Positions 1 to 9,478 of a stretch of DNA of 64,000 nucleotides are shown here, in pieces. The stretch lies in IMG/VR virus record IMGVR_UViG_3300010882_000010. The stretch is one strand, 5' to 3'. The position numbers and the translations under genes are program-made. This DNA comes from a virus. Lineage: Duplodnaviria; Heunggongvirae; Uroviricota; Caudoviricetes. Within the stretch, counting starts at the first letter, position 1. Each line of letters opens with the position of its first letter. The notes beneath the pieces are model-generated. The model did not search any database. It saw nothing but the letters and a program-made list of their open reading frames with translations, and was not told the DNA's origin.

Positions 1-56
1 AAGAGTACAACCAAATTGTAGCTAGAAATCCTGTAAGACCGGGAATACAATGTTAA

Positions 57-857
57 ATGGAACAATTAACAACAGACAGATTTTTTACTAAGAGTAAGAA
101 ACAAGGTGGAAATTTTTGGTATGATGATACAAATGCTACAGTAGCTTGTGAATGTTCATACAATTCCATGAATGATGAAAGATTGTTTGGTAAAGAGTAT
201 CGGTTTTTTGATCAGTGCATAGAATGTAATGGATATGGTAAAGTTCTTGAAGTAAAAAAGGTTAAGAATCCAATTACGAACAAAAAGGAAAAAGTTGCAA
301 AATGGGTTCAATGTAAAGAATGTAGAGGTGTGGGGATTTTTCCAAAAGATGAACCAATTATTGTAGGACCTTGTCCAAAATGCGGAGGTACAATGAAGTT
401 GGATAAAGTTAGTATTGATGATCCAATTACACTAAATGATATTGTAGTTTTGATAACTTTGACTACTTTTAAAAATTTGAAGAAATCAGATTTCATTACT
501 TTTCAAGAGAAGGTAAACAATATCAATGGGATAATTAACTTGAAAAAATATCAAGGAAAAGCAAGGTGTGCAGAATCTAAAACTCGACTTTTAAAACCAT
601 CTTACATCTTGGAAGATGTTTTAGAATACTTTCTTACTCACAGAGTACCATACAGAATTTTTCTTGATAAGGATAAGAAACTTTGCAATAATATCCAATT
701 GAAATTTACGGATAAAGAATGGGTGATAATTCCAGAATGGCTTGATGAAATTTTGTGTGAAACTAAAAAACTTAACAGAAGATATCGAACAAGATTTATC
801 GCAAATTTAAAAGAAGAATTAAAAACAGAAAAATGGGCAAAAATAATAGGGAAGTAA
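57..857 (+). CDS. Hypothetical protein with DnaJ-type zinc-finger motifs
   Basis: CIECNGYG, CKECRGVG, CPKCGG (CxxCxGxG-like). Confidence 0.6.
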   Translation: MEQLTTDRFFTKSKKQGGNFWYDDTNATVACECSYNSMNDERLFGKEYRFFDQCIECNGYGKVLEVKKVKNPITNKKEKVAKWVQCKECRGVGIFPKDEPIIVGPCPKCGGTMKLDKVSIDDPITLNDIVVLITLTTFKNLKKSDFITFQEKVNNINGIINLKKYQGKARCAESKTRLLKPSYILEDVLEYFLTHRVPYRIFLDKDKKLCNNIQLKFTDKEWVIIPEWLDEILCETKKLNRRYRTRFIANLKEELKTEKWAKIIGK

Positions 858-2119
858 TTTTTGTTGCAGATGATTGTTTAACAGAAAGACAAATTGCAGT
901 AATTAAAGAATTAGAGATTATCATGAACAGAGAAGACAAAATAGTAGATGAAGAAATGGAAAAACAAGAAAGAAGTTTAACAGAAAAGCAGATGTTAGAA
1001 AAAATTGGAAAGTTTTTTGAAGAAAAATCTTTGAAAGATAATGTTAACGTTAAAGAAGTTAGAAATTTAATGGTTGATCGAGTTTTTTCTGGAGATGATG
1101 CCTTAGATGCTAAGGTACTTTACATGATGAATTACAATAGTATTCCTAATTGGAATTCCATGTATCCGATTAATTGTGTGAAAGCAACTAATTTTGTGAT
1201 AGACAATTATAGTGATAAAGTTACTCATGCTAATTTTACTAAGAGACTTTTTAAGGTGAAAAATGTTGTGGAAATTGATGACATGTACCTACACTTTAAG
1301 GGTGATGTTTTAGTTTACTTCAACAAGAATGCGTTAGAAGTTTCAATTTTTTATGGTAGAAAATCAGATTTAGAGTTTGTTAATCAATTGACAGAAGACT
1401 TTAGAAAATTCAAGTATCGTAATTCTTATGCTAAACCGGAAATTCACTTATTAACATCTGGTGCAAGAGGATTAGAAGTTACACCATTAGAAATTACTAA
1501 GCCAAAACTTTCCATTGCAGATAATTACAATGATGATTTCCAAGAAATTCACAACACCATAATCAAAAGGTTGAAAAAGAAAAATGATAAAGGTATTGTA
1601 CTTTTGCACGGAAAACCGGGAACAGGAAAAACAAGTTACATCCGCTACTTAATTTCAAGTTTACGAAAAAACATTATTTTTTTACCACCAAATTTAGCAG
1701 GTGCCATGACAGATCCAAGTTTGATTAAAGTTTTGATAGAAAATCCGGGGTCAATTTTTGTAATTGAAGATGCTGAAACTATCATAATGGATAGAGGACA
1801 AAATGGTAATAATTCAGCAGTAAGTACTTTGTTAAATTTAGCAGATGGTTTATTATCAGACTGTTTGTCAATTCAAATTTTATGCACAATGAATTGTGAT
1901 ATTTCAAAAATTGATGAGGCCTTATTACGTAAAGGAAGATTAATTGCAAAATACGAATTTAATGAGTTGTGTACTGAAAAAGGACAAAAACTTAGTGATA
2001 AGTTAGGATTTAATACTAAGATAGAAAAACCAACAATTTTAGCTCAACTTTACAATCAAAATGATCCAACTTTTAATCCAAATACAGGACAAAAAAGAAT
2101 TGGATTTGCAATGAATTAA
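833..2119 (+). CDS. AAA+ family ATPase
   Basis: Walker A GKPGTGKT, Walker B VIEDAE, SRH DEALLRKGRL. Confidence 0.9.
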   Translation: MGKNNREVIFVADDCLTERQIAVIKELEIIMNREDKIVDEEMEKQERSLTEKQMLEKIGKFFEEKSLKDNVNVKEVRNLMVDRVFSGDDALDAKVLYMMNYNSIPNWNSMYPINCVKATNFVIDNYSDKVTHANFTKRLFKVKNVVEIDDMYLHFKGDVLVYFNKNALEVSIFYGRKSDLEFVNQLTEDFRKFKYRNSYAKPEIHLLTSGARGLEVTPLEITKPKLSIADNYNDDFQEIHNTIIKRLKKKNDKGIVLLHGKPGTGKTSYIRYLISSLRKNIIFLPPNLAGAMTDPSLIKVLIENPGSIFVIEDAETIIMDRGQNGNNSAVSTLLNLADGLLSDCLSIQILCTMNCDISKIDEALLRKGRLIAKYEFNELCTEKGQKLSDKLGFNTKIEKPTILAQLYNQNDPTFNPNTGQKRIGFAMN

Positions 2120-2137
2120 TCTGAATTAAAACCGAGG

Positions 2138-2145
2138 TAAATAGT
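2138..2145 (+). promoter_or_regulatory. Putative late promoter (TAAATAGT)
   Basis: Intergenic, identical to the octamer before the prohead protease gene; resembles the T4 late TATAAATA. Confidence 0.4.
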
Positions 2146-2171
2146 AAAATGATTAAAATAATAGTAAAATA

Positions 2172-2651
2172 ATGGTAAAGGATAAAAAAGCACTTGTATC
2201 AGAATTAACGAAATTAATTTTGGGTTCTAAAAACATGATTGATATTTTCAATGAATTTGCAGTTAATGCTAATTGGTTTGATTCTGAACTTTTTAGAAAT
2301 GATGAAGAGACTTTAGATGAAGTATTATCTAGTAAAAGACCAAGTGAAGTAGTTTTAATGATTCATAATGGAGAATACAGATATGCAGATGATTACTTTT
2401 TAATTAATAGTGAACAAAATTTAGACTCCTACAATGTACCAAAAGTAAAAGCATTTATGGAACCAATTTTAAAAAGTGACTTCTTACCTTACTTTATTGA
2501 TGATTTGCGAGACGGAACAACAAATTTCGAAGATTGGAATTTTCAAGATGCAAGAATTGAGAAATTTTTGCAAAATGAAGTAATGACTGTAGAATCAGAG
2601 TCAACAAAAAATTTTGATGATTTTTTAAATGGTAGAAAAGGAAAAAAGTAA
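2172..2651 (+). CDS. Hypothetical protein
   Basis: Intact 159 aa ORF filling the gap between neighbours. Confidence 0.7.
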   Translation: MVKDKKALVSELTKLILGSKNMIDIFNEFAVNANWFDSELFRNDEETLDEVLSSKRPSEVVLMIHNGEYRYADDYFLINSEQNLDSYNVPKVKAFMEPILKSDFLPYFIDDLRDGTTNFEDWNFQDARIEKFLQNEVMTVESESTKNFDDFLNGRKGKK

Positions 2652-2703
2652 AATAACTTTTAGTATTGAGTAGATAATAGGATATGCTACAAAATTTTTG
2701 AGA

Positions 2704-2711
2704 TATATAGT
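2704..2711 (+). promoter_or_regulatory. Putative late promoter of homing endonuclease gene (TATATAGT)
   Basis: AAATTTTTG..TATATAGTTAAA context shared with 9455. Confidence 0.45.
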
Positions 2712-2736
2712 TAAAGTAAAATAATTGAAATTAACT

Positions 2737-3609
2737 ATGAGTAAAAGAAATTATTGTTTTAATTTTAATTTTGATTATGAATTAAATGAAAGAGTTTTAG
2801 TACCAAAAAATCAAAAAGAGTATTATTATATTTATAAAATTGAATCAACTTTTAAAAATAAAAATGGTGAAAAGTACTATTATATTGGTCAACATACTAC
2901 AAAGAAATTTCCTGATGCATATTGGGGTTCTGGTAAAAAGTTGAATGATTGTTACAAAAAATATCCAATGGAAAAGGGTAATTGGAAAAAGATAATTTTA
3001 GAATTTGCCGATAGTTTTGAAGAAGTATTGAGATTAGAAAAAGATTTTATTGGAGATTTGTTTAATACAGATGATAATTGTTTAAATCTTAAAGAAGGAG
3101 GAATAGGTGGACGCAATTCTAGAGAAATTCAAGATAAAATTAATGAACAAAATAGAGGTAGAATACCTTGGAATAAAGGAATTAGTTCTTCTGAAGAAAC
3201 TAAGCAAAAATTAAGAGAAAATCATGCCGGTGGTCCTAAAAAAGGATACAATCATACAGAGGAAACAAAACAAAAAATTAGAGAAAAAAGAAAATTGCAA
3301 GTTTTTACAGAAGAAACTCGTGAAAAATTAAGAAATAAAAAGAATTCAAAAGAAACAAGGGAAAAAATTTCAAAAGCCCTTAAAGGTAAAAAACATACAG
3401 AAGAAACAAAAAGGAAGATAGGAAAAGCTAATAGTATTGCACTTATTGGAAAAAAACATTCAGAAGAGACAAGAAAAAAACAATCGGATTCTCATAAAGG
3501 TAAAAAAATTTCTAAAGAAGCAATAGAAAAAAGAACAGAAACAAGAAAAAGAAATCGAGAATTAAAACAAAATGAACAAACAGATATTATTAGCAATACC
3601 AACATATAG
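2737..3609 (+). CDS. Free-standing GIY-YIG homing endonuclease with NUMOD3 repeats
   Basis: YIYKIE...YYIGQ, conserved E in VLRLE, N in LNLKEGG; repeated HTEETKQKI units; ATG 2737 preferred over TTG 2725. Confidence 0.88.
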   Translation: MSKRNYCFNFNFDYELNERVLVPKNQKEYYYIYKIESTFKNKNGEKYYYIGQHTTKKFPDAYWGSGKKLNDCYKKYPMEKGNWKKIILEFADSFEEVLRLEKDFIGDLFNTDDNCLNLKEGGIGGRNSREIQDKINEQNRGRIPWNKGISSSEETKQKLRENHAGGPKKGYNHTEETKQKIREKRKLQVFTEETREKLRNKKNSKETREKISKALKGKKHTEETKRKIGKANSIALIGKKHSEETRKKQSDSHKGKKISKEAIEKRTETRKRNRELKQNEQTDIISNTNI

Positions 3610-4168
3610 TCCATATATTCATTATCAATGTATGGAATCATTTTATGGAATAAGAAAACCTGATGGATATGAAATAGAAGTACAATTTGTATGTGGATAT
3701 TCGGCAGCACAAGCACGTAATAAAGCTTGTAATCAGGCAATTAAGAGGGGATTTGACTACTTGTTAATGATAGACGCTGATCAAATTGCGCCAGCAGATA
3801 CTTTAGAAAAGTTAATTGCTTGTAATTCAGAAGTTTCATGTGGTTGGGCTATGCAGTGTGTGAATGACAATAGGACTAATATCTCAAAGTATGTGGCAGA
3901 GAAATCTTGGTATGATTTCTTTAGAATTGAAGAGTTAGATAGTTTGCCAGGTATTATTGAAGCAGATGCTATTGGTTTTGCATGTGTAATGATTAAGGTT
4001 TCTGTTTTTCAAAAATTAGAATATCCTTATTTTCGCTACATAGAATATGGAGATGGTACATGTCTTTCAGAAGATTTACAATTTAGTAGTTCTTTAAGAG
4101 CAAAAGGAATTCCAATAGTTGTTGATAAGAGTTTAAACTTGCCTCATCAAAAAATAATCAGCATATGA
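3572..4168 (+). CDS. GT-A (family 2-like) glycosyltransferase
   Basis: ILLAIPTY, ARNKAC, DYLLMIDADQ (DxD), GFACVMIK, LSEDLQFS. Confidence 0.8.
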   Translation: MNKQILLAIPTYSPYIHYQCMESFYGIRKPDGYEIEVQFVCGYSAAQARNKACNQAIKRGFDYLLMIDADQIAPADTLEKLIACNSEVSCGWAMQCVNDNRTNISKYVAEKSWYDFFRIEELDSLPGIIEADAIGFACVMIKVSVFQKLEYPYFRYIEYGDGTCLSEDLQFSSSLRAKGIPIVVDKSLNLPHQKIISI

Positions 4169-4452
4169 AAACTTTAGATCAATTTCTTAATGAGAAAGAA
4201 AACAAAGGATTAGATGTTGAACAAAGGATAAAGTTTACTGAAGTTTTGCAAGAATATCGTAAAGTTTCACATCTTTCTGAAAATGATGAAATCATAACAG
4301 GTAAAGGAGAAACAGGACTTTTTGTTTCAGTAAAAGGCGGGAGAATGACAATTAAAGACAAAGAAGGAAATCTAAAATTCAGTAGTGCTAATAAGCCTGA
4401 ATCCATAGGAAAATTCGTAGAACAATTTTGGTTTTGGAATAAAGGAGGTTGA
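4165..4452 (+). CDS. Putative internal head protein (capsid-targeting leader)
   Basis: N-terminus MKTLDQFLNE resembles the T4 CTS MKTYQEFIAE and the leaders at 33.5-42.2 kb. Confidence 0.55.
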   Translation: MKTLDQFLNEKENKGLDVEQRIKFTEVLQEYRKVSHLSENDEIITGKGETGLFVSVKGGRMTIKDKEGNLKFSSANKPESIGKFVEQFWFWNKGG

Positions 4453-4464
4453 AAAATCAAAATT

Positions 4465-4519
4465 GTTAGTAACTTGTTTAAATGGTGGTGCTTTTGTATC
4501 ACCATTTTTAGTATTTTTG
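4465..4519 (+). promoter_or_regulatory. Class I bipartite early promoter
   Basis: GTTAGTAAC at 4465, TATTTTTG 47 nt downstream. Confidence 0.7.
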
Positions 4520-4545
4520 TAATATCAAATCAAAATTCAAAAGAG

Positions 4546-4713
4546 ATGAAAATTTTAAAAATCACCAAAGAGGATATCATTCTTGCCAATAGAAGAGCCG
4601 GTAGAATAATAGAATTGGAAGAAAATCCAACAGGTTGGAGAGGTGTGCATAAAATTTTCAAGAGCAAAAAGACCTACAACAGAAAATTAAAGCACAAAAA
4701 TTCAGTGCTTTAA
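4546..4713 (+). CDS. Small basic hypothetical protein
   Basis: MKILKITKEDIILANRRAGR...KTYNRKLKHK; ATG 4546 lies after the promoter. Confidence 0.65.
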   Translation: MKILKITKEDIILANRRAGRIIELEENPTGWRGVHKIFKSKKTYNRKLKHKNSVL

Positions 4714-4731
4714 CAGATGAAGATGCAAATT

Positions 4732-4786
4732 GTTAGTAACTTTTTTAGTTCTTTTGGAAATCGTTTTAAAATTTTCAGTATTTTTG
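4732..4786 (+). promoter_or_regulatory. Class I bipartite early promoter
   Basis: GTTAGTAAC at 4732, TATTTTTG at +47. Confidence 0.7.
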
Positions 4787-4803
4787 TCAAACTAAAACAG
4801 AGG

Positions 4804-4917
4804 ATGAAATTTTTTAAACTAGGAGTTTTAATCATATTGGCAACAATTTTGCCATGTGGTTTTTTAGTATTAGGAGTTTTCATCTATCAAGAATTTAAAA
4901 AATTAAAAACAGAATGA
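4804..4917 (+). CDS. Small membrane protein
   Basis: Hydrophobic 37 aa ORF with ATGA overlap into the next gene. Confidence 0.5.
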   Translation: MKFFKLGVLIILATILPCGFLVLGVFIYQEFKKLKTE

Positions 4918-6323
4918 AGTACTTAATTTCAGATGCAGAAAATGCAAATTATCTTGCAAAAGTAGCAGAATTAAAAGAAGTTGAAAAAGTTCCTGGCACA
5001 GACCGGTTGTATTACACTACAATTGATAATAGAACAGTCATTATTGATGATTCTTATCAAGTTGGAGATGTTATTGTTTACTTTCCATCGGGTTGTAAAA
5101 TTAATGGAGAGCTGCTTTCATCTTTAAATGCTTTCCGTAATGAAAATTTGAATGCTGATCCTAATCCAGATAAAACAGGATTTTTTGAAGATAATGGTCG
5201 GGTTAAAATGATTAAATTGCAAAAAATGTACTCAGAAGGTTACATCATTAGATGGAATCTTTTTGAAGCTTTTCTCTATGATAAAGGAATTAAAGGGGTT
5301 GTAGCTTTAGTTAGTGAAACTTTTGACAGTGTAGAACAAGATAAAGTAAAATTGCAAATTTGCGAAAAGTACGTAGTAAAGATAAAAGAATCGGGTGCAA
5401 GTATGGGAAGTAAACGTGCTAAAAAAAGTGCAATAGAGTTAATTTGTGATGACCAATTCAAGTTTCATGTTAAAGTAACAAGAATGGGAGAAGTTGCATG
5501 GAAGTTGACGCCAGAAAAGCATATCAATGTTTCTTGCAAGTATCATGGAACATCGGGAATTTCAGCTAACATTTTGTGCAAGAGAGAATTAGGATGGTGG
5601 GAAACTAAGTTTAAAAAATGGTTTGGATTTAAATTCCAAGAACAAGAGTACAAGGATGTTGCAGCAAGTAGAACTATTATTAAAGGAGTCGGTTCAGTTA
5701 ATCAAGATGCAGCCGATTTTAGGGGTTTTGATATTTGGAATCATGTGCATAATTTGATTAAGTCTAAATTATGGCAAGGAATGACTTTGTACTATGAAAT
5801 TGTTGGTTACACTCCAGGAGGAAAAATTATCCAAAAAGGTTACGATTATGGTTACAAAGCACCGGTTGATGATAAAATTGAAAACTACAAAATGGGAGAA
5901 AATTTTGGAGTTAAGGTTTATCGAATTACTTTGACGGATCCAAAGGGTAAAGTTTTTGAATGGTCAATGAACCAAATTGAAGATTTTTGTCAAAACACCG
6001 GCTTGGAAACTCCATTAGTTTACTTTGATGGTAAAGTTTCAGAGTTAATTGAAAAGGATAGATTTGATAATATTGCAAAAGCTGGTGAATGGGTTGGATT
6101 AAGTACAGGCGATCCAAAAGATATCTACAATTATTTTGCAACCATGAATCCTATGGAAAAGGATTGTCCAATTTGCAAAACTAAGGTTCCATTTGAGGGT
6201 GTAGTAATTCGGTTTGAAGGTAAAAATCGCTATGATGCTTTCAAATTAAAGTGTAAAGCTTTTGATGAAAGAGAAAGTAAAGCACTTGATAAAGGTGAAT
6301 CTAACATGGAAGATGAAGCCTAA
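4914..6323 (+). CDS. RNA ligase, DRB0094/Rnl2-like family
   Basis: N-terminal OB-like domain (VPGTDRL...VIVYFP); motif I KYHGTS, III YYEIVG, IIIa VKVYRI, IV EGVVIR, V FKLKC. Confidence 0.8.
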   Translation: MKYLISDAENANYLAKVAELKEVEKVPGTDRLYYTTIDNRTVIIDDSYQVGDVIVYFPSGCKINGELLSSLNAFRNENLNADPNPDKTGFFEDNGRVKMIKLQKMYSEGYIIRWNLFEAFLYDKGIKGVVALVSETFDSVEQDKVKLQICEKYVVKIKESGASMGSKRAKKSAIELICDDQFKFHVKVTRMGEVAWKLTPEKHINVSCKYHGTSGISANILCKRELGWWETKFKKWFGFKFQEQEYKDVAASRTIIKGVGSVNQDAADFRGFDIWNHVHNLIKSKLWQGMTLYYEIVGYTPGGKIIQKGYDYGYKAPVDDKIENYKMGENFGVKVYRITLTDPKGKVFEWSMNQIEDFCQNTGLETPLVYFDGKVSELIEKDRFDNIAKAGEWVGLSTGDPKDIYNYFATMNPMEKDCPICKTKVPFEGVVIRFEGKNRYDAFKLKCKAFDERESKALDKGESNMEDEA

Positions 6324-6357
6324 TTAAAAGACAATTAACAATCAAAAAATTCAAGAT

Positions 6358-7056
6358 ATGAAAAAACAGTTTTACGTCTTAAAGGAATTAAGACAAACTT
6401 TGAAAGAAAATTTTAATGATCCAAAGTATCATCAACTTAAAGTTAACATTTGGTTAGATATTATTGTGATGTTAATTTTCAGAATTAAGAAATCCTATGG
6501 TATTTTTGTAAAGGATGTACAAGGGATGGAGATTTACGTAGACCTTATTGGAAAGACGGATTTAGGAAAGGAATACACAGAACCAAGAAATTTGAGAAAG
6601 AATTTTACAGTTGTTCCTATTGGTGCTCAACTTTGGTACACTCCTAATTTCAAAGCATGGTGTTTTAAGACGTTTGCAATAGATGGAAGTTGGTATTATG
6701 AAATTGGTTTTCTTGGTCTTGGAGATGAAAATTCTAAAAACGCTAAAGTAAAAATGGGATTTCAAAAGATAAAATCAAATCTACCTAAAATTATTGATAA
6801 CCGATTTGTGAAAGAAGGATTTCTTAAAGTATCAGATTACAATAATTACAAAGTAAAGAAATTAAAACATATCATTCATGATCATCCAGAAACGCAAAGA
6901 CTTTTCAATATCAGTGGAGATTCTGTAATTGTAGATGAACAGTTTAAGCACTATTTTCAAACATCGGCTGAATTGGGTAATGAAAAAGAAGGTGAAAATC
7001 ACTATCACATTATTGTAGATCGAAAGGAATTTTTTAAAATACGTGAAACTTTTTAA
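6358..7056 (+). CDS. Hypothetical protein
   Basis: Intact 232 aa ORF. Confidence 0.7.
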   Translation: MKKQFYVLKELRQTLKENFNDPKYHQLKVNIWLDIIVMLIFRIKKSYGIFVKDVQGMEIYVDLIGKTDLGKEYTEPRNLRKNFTVVPIGAQLWYTPNFKAWCFKTFAIDGSWYYEIGFLGLGDENSKNAKVKMGFQKIKSNLPKIIDNRFVKEGFLKVSDYNNYKVKKLKHIIHDHPETQRLFNISGDSVIVDEQFKHYFQTSAELGNEKEGENHYHIIVDRKEFFKIRETF

Positions 7057-7075
7057 TAGTAGCGTGTAATAATAA
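7046..7075 (+). promoter_or_regulatory. Class II putative promoter
   Basis: AAACTTTTT-N9-GTGTAATAATAA, same as 54951. Confidence 0.5.
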
Positions 7076-7109
7076 GATGATAATCAAAAGCTAAAATAAT
7101 ACTAAAACA

Positions 7110-7316
7110 ATGAAAAATTTTGAACTAATTTCAGTACTTGAAGAAAATCTTGCGGGTGAAGCAGAAGCAAGACAGTATTACTATGAATTAATGGAAATTT
7201 TACCAGAAGAAGATCATCCTGTAATAAAGGAAATTCTTTCAGATGAATTAAATCATTCAGAGAGATTAAAAGAATTGATTTTCAAGTATTCTGGTATAGC
7301 ACCAGCTAAAGACTAA
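7110..7316 (+). CDS. Mini ferritin-like/rubrerythrin-type protein
   Basis: LAGEAEARQYY ... ILSDELNH (E...ExxH di-iron-type motif). Confidence 0.65.
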   Translation: MKNFELISVLEENLAGEAEARQYYYELMEILPEEDHPVIKEILSDELNHSERLKELIFKYSGIAPAKD

Positions 7317-7371
7317 GAAGGAAATTAACCTTAGAATAATCAAAACAATTAATTAACTAAAATTTTAAACA

Positions 7372-8196
7372 ATGAAAAGATTTTTTCTGATGGTCGCTGC
7401 AGCCATTGCATTTGCAGCATGTTGCACAAGTTGCACAACAGTAGATTCGGGATCAGTAGGCGTACGTTTTAAGAAATGGGCTGCAAATTCTGAAGAACAA
7501 GGTGGTGTTATTGGTACCGCTAAAGGATGGGTTTGGTATAATCCATTCACACAGAACATCTACGAATATCCGATTTTTATCCAAAGAAAGTCGTATGATG
7601 ACATCGAAGTAAATTCAAAAGATGCTAGTATCTTTAAAATTTCGCCGACTATTGCTTACCGGTTAGATCAAGACAAAATTACCTACATCTTTGTTAAGTA
7701 TCGTAAACAATTGCATGAAATTGAAGAAGGTTACATCCGTACTTGTATCTATGAAGCATATCGTACTGTTGGTAATAGTTTTACAGCAGACTATTTGATG
7801 AGTAATCGTGAAGAGTTTGAGAGTCAAGTTCGTAAACGTCTTGAAAAATCCCTTATGGAAGAAGGATTTATCGTTGAAGAATTTACAGCAAAAATTGAAC
7901 CTCCAACAAGTTTGAAAAATGCAATTGATACCAAGAATGAAATGGTACAAAACGCATTGAAAGCTGAAAATCAAGTAAAAGAAGCAGAGGCAAAAGCTAA
8001 AATTGAAATTGCTAAAGCAGAAGGTACTGCAAAAGCTATGCGTATTGAAGGTGAAGGTATTGCAGCATACAATAGAAGTGTTCAGCAATCTTTAACACCA
8101 TTGCTTGTTCAAAATAATGCAATTGACAAATGGGATGGAAAATTACCTACTTACATGGGCGGTGGTGCAATTCCGTTTATCAATATTGCACGATAA
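7372..8196 (+). CDS. SPFH/band 7/prohibitin family protein
   Basis: Signal/lipobox; VDSGSVGVRF, SKDASIF, REEFESQV, AIDTKNEM, alanine-rich coiled coil, KWDGKLP. Confidence 0.9.
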   Translation: MKRFFLMVAAAIAFAACCTSCTTVDSGSVGVRFKKWAANSEEQGGVIGTAKGWVWYNPFTQNIYEYPIFIQRKSYDDIEVNSKDASIFKISPTIAYRLDQDKITYIFVKYRKQLHEIEEGYIRTCIYEAYRTVGNSFTADYLMSNREEFESQVRKRLEKSLMEEGFIVEEFTAKIEPPTSLKNAIDTKNEMVQNALKAENQVKEAEAKAKIEIAKAEGTAKAMRIEGEGIAAYNRSVQQSLTPLLVQNNAIDKWDGKLPTYMGGGAIPFINIAR

Positions 8197-8217
8197 TCTA
8201 AAATTACAATTACTACA

Positions 8218-8454
8218 ATGACAGTATTTTTTGTTTGGGGATTACCTCTAATTTTAGTCTTAGTTATGCTATGGATGTTTGGGAAAACGTTCAATAGTAA
8301 AGATGAAAAAGACTCACCATTTGCTCTGTTACACAACATCTTGTGGTTTTTAGGAGCTTTAGCACCAATTGTGGGGTGGATTATTTTCGCAATACTTTTG
8401 ATTTGGTATCTAATTAAGTACAACGATGATGATTATGATGTTAAAGATAATTGA
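8218..8454 (+). CDS. Small two-TM membrane protein
   Basis: Hydrophobic segments; ALAPIVGW motif. Confidence 0.65.
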   Translation: MTVFFVWGLPLILVLVMLWMFGKTFNSKDEKDSPFALLHNILWFLGALAPIVGWIIFAILLIWYLIKYNDDDYDVKDN

Positions 8455-8512
8455 TTTACGCGAACTTTCATGAATTACAGACCATAAGAACTAATTTTAC
8501 TACAATTACTTT

Positions 8513-8540
8513 AAGAGGATCAAATTTGGTCCTCTTTTTC
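8513..8540 (+). terminator. Rho-independent terminator
   Basis: AAGAGGATC-AAATTT-GGTCCTCTT followed by a T tract. Confidence 0.75.
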
Positions 8541-8550
8541 ATTTTAAATT

Positions 8551-8604
8551 GTTGGTAACTTTTTCTAAAATTGTAGTTTGGTAAAGAAAAAAGTGTTATT
8601 TTTG
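8551..8604 (+). promoter_or_regulatory. Class I bipartite early promoter
   Basis: GTTGGTAAC at 8551, TATTTTTG at +46; directly after a terminator. Confidence 0.7.
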
Positions 8605-8641
8605 CATTGTTAAAAATCAATCAAAATTTAAAATTTTTAAA

Positions 8642-8830
8642 ATGAGCAAGAAAATTCAAACATTATTTAGTTTAGGTGGAAAACCGAAAACAAGAAAAGT
8701 TAACTTTAGTAAAAATTCTTCGGAGATTGTTAATAAAACAAAAAAGCAATTTACGAAAATTGAACGTTTTGAAGATCCTGAAACAGGTGAAATTATTACA
8801 ATAGAAGCAACTTACGAAATTTTAAGTTAA
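8642..8830 (+). CDS. Hypothetical protein
   Basis: 62 aa ORF, first gene after the promoter. Confidence 0.6.
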   Translation: MSKKIQTLFSLGGKPKTRKVNFSKNSSEIVNKTKKQFTKIERFEDPETGEIITIEATYEILS

Positions 8831-8835
8831 GAGCA

Positions 8836-9432
8836 ATGATAAACAACCGAAATCTTTTACGGAAAATGATTAGTGATGGAATTAGAGATGGTTTCATAGT
8901 TGAACAAAAACATCCGGAACTTGATCTTTATCTTTACAACTACACAAGAAAGTGCACTTTTGAAAAAGCTTGGAATATTGCTACTTTACTGTGTCGAGGA
9001 TTGATTTTGGACGGTTCTGGTAACATCATTTCCTATCCGTTAGGAAAGTTTTTCAATTGGGAAGAACTAAGCCCAGAAGAGAGAAAAAGACTGTCTATGC
9101 TCAAGTTTGATGTTTTGGATAAGGTAGACGGATGTTTAGATAAAGAAACCGTGGTAATAACAGAAAAAGGAAGAAAAACTATTGGATGGATTTGTGAAAA
9201 CAATTATCGTGGAAATGTTTTATCATATGATCCTATTAAAGATGTTTTTGAATACAAGAAGATTAACAATTCTTGGATAAGAGAAAACATCCAAAATTGG
9301 TATCAATTAACATTAGAAGATGGTACTATTGTTAAAATAACAGGTAATCAGAAAGTTTGGTGCTCAAATATCAAAGCATATCGGAAAGTAGAGGACTTAG
9401 ATGGTAGTGAAGAAATAGTTGTAAAAAGTTGA
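8836..9432 (+). CDS. rnlA: T4 Rnl1-type RNA ligase N-extein (aa 1-99) fused to split intein N-part (aa 100-198)
   Basis: LCRGLILD...PLGKFFNWEE; motif I KVDG followed directly by intein block A CLDKETVVIT. Confidence 0.88.
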   Translation: MINNRNLLRKMISDGIRDGFIVEQKHPELDLYLYNYTRKCTFEKAWNIATLLCRGLILDGSGNIISYPLGKFFNWEELSPEERKRLSMLKFDVLDKVDGCLDKETVVITEKGRKTIGWICENNYRGNVLSYDPIKDVFEYKKINNSWIRENIQNWYQLTLEDGTIVKITGNQKVWCSNIKAYRKVEDLDGSEEIVVKS

Positions 9433-9454
9433 TAATTCATCAAATTTTTGTGGG

Positions 9455-9462
9455 TATATAGT
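9455..9462 (+). promoter_or_regulatory. Putative late promoter of homing endonuclease gene (TATATAGT)
   Basis: Same context as 2704. Confidence 0.45.
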
Positions 9463-9478
9463 TAAAAGAGTATACCAA

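Noticed and set aside
2652-3609. Group I intron hosting the GIY-YIG endonuclease (also considered for 63074)
   Set aside because: Flanking genes are complete and unrelated, and no P/Q/R/S core was recognised; treated as free-standing. The right flank of 63074 is truncated, so that case is less certain
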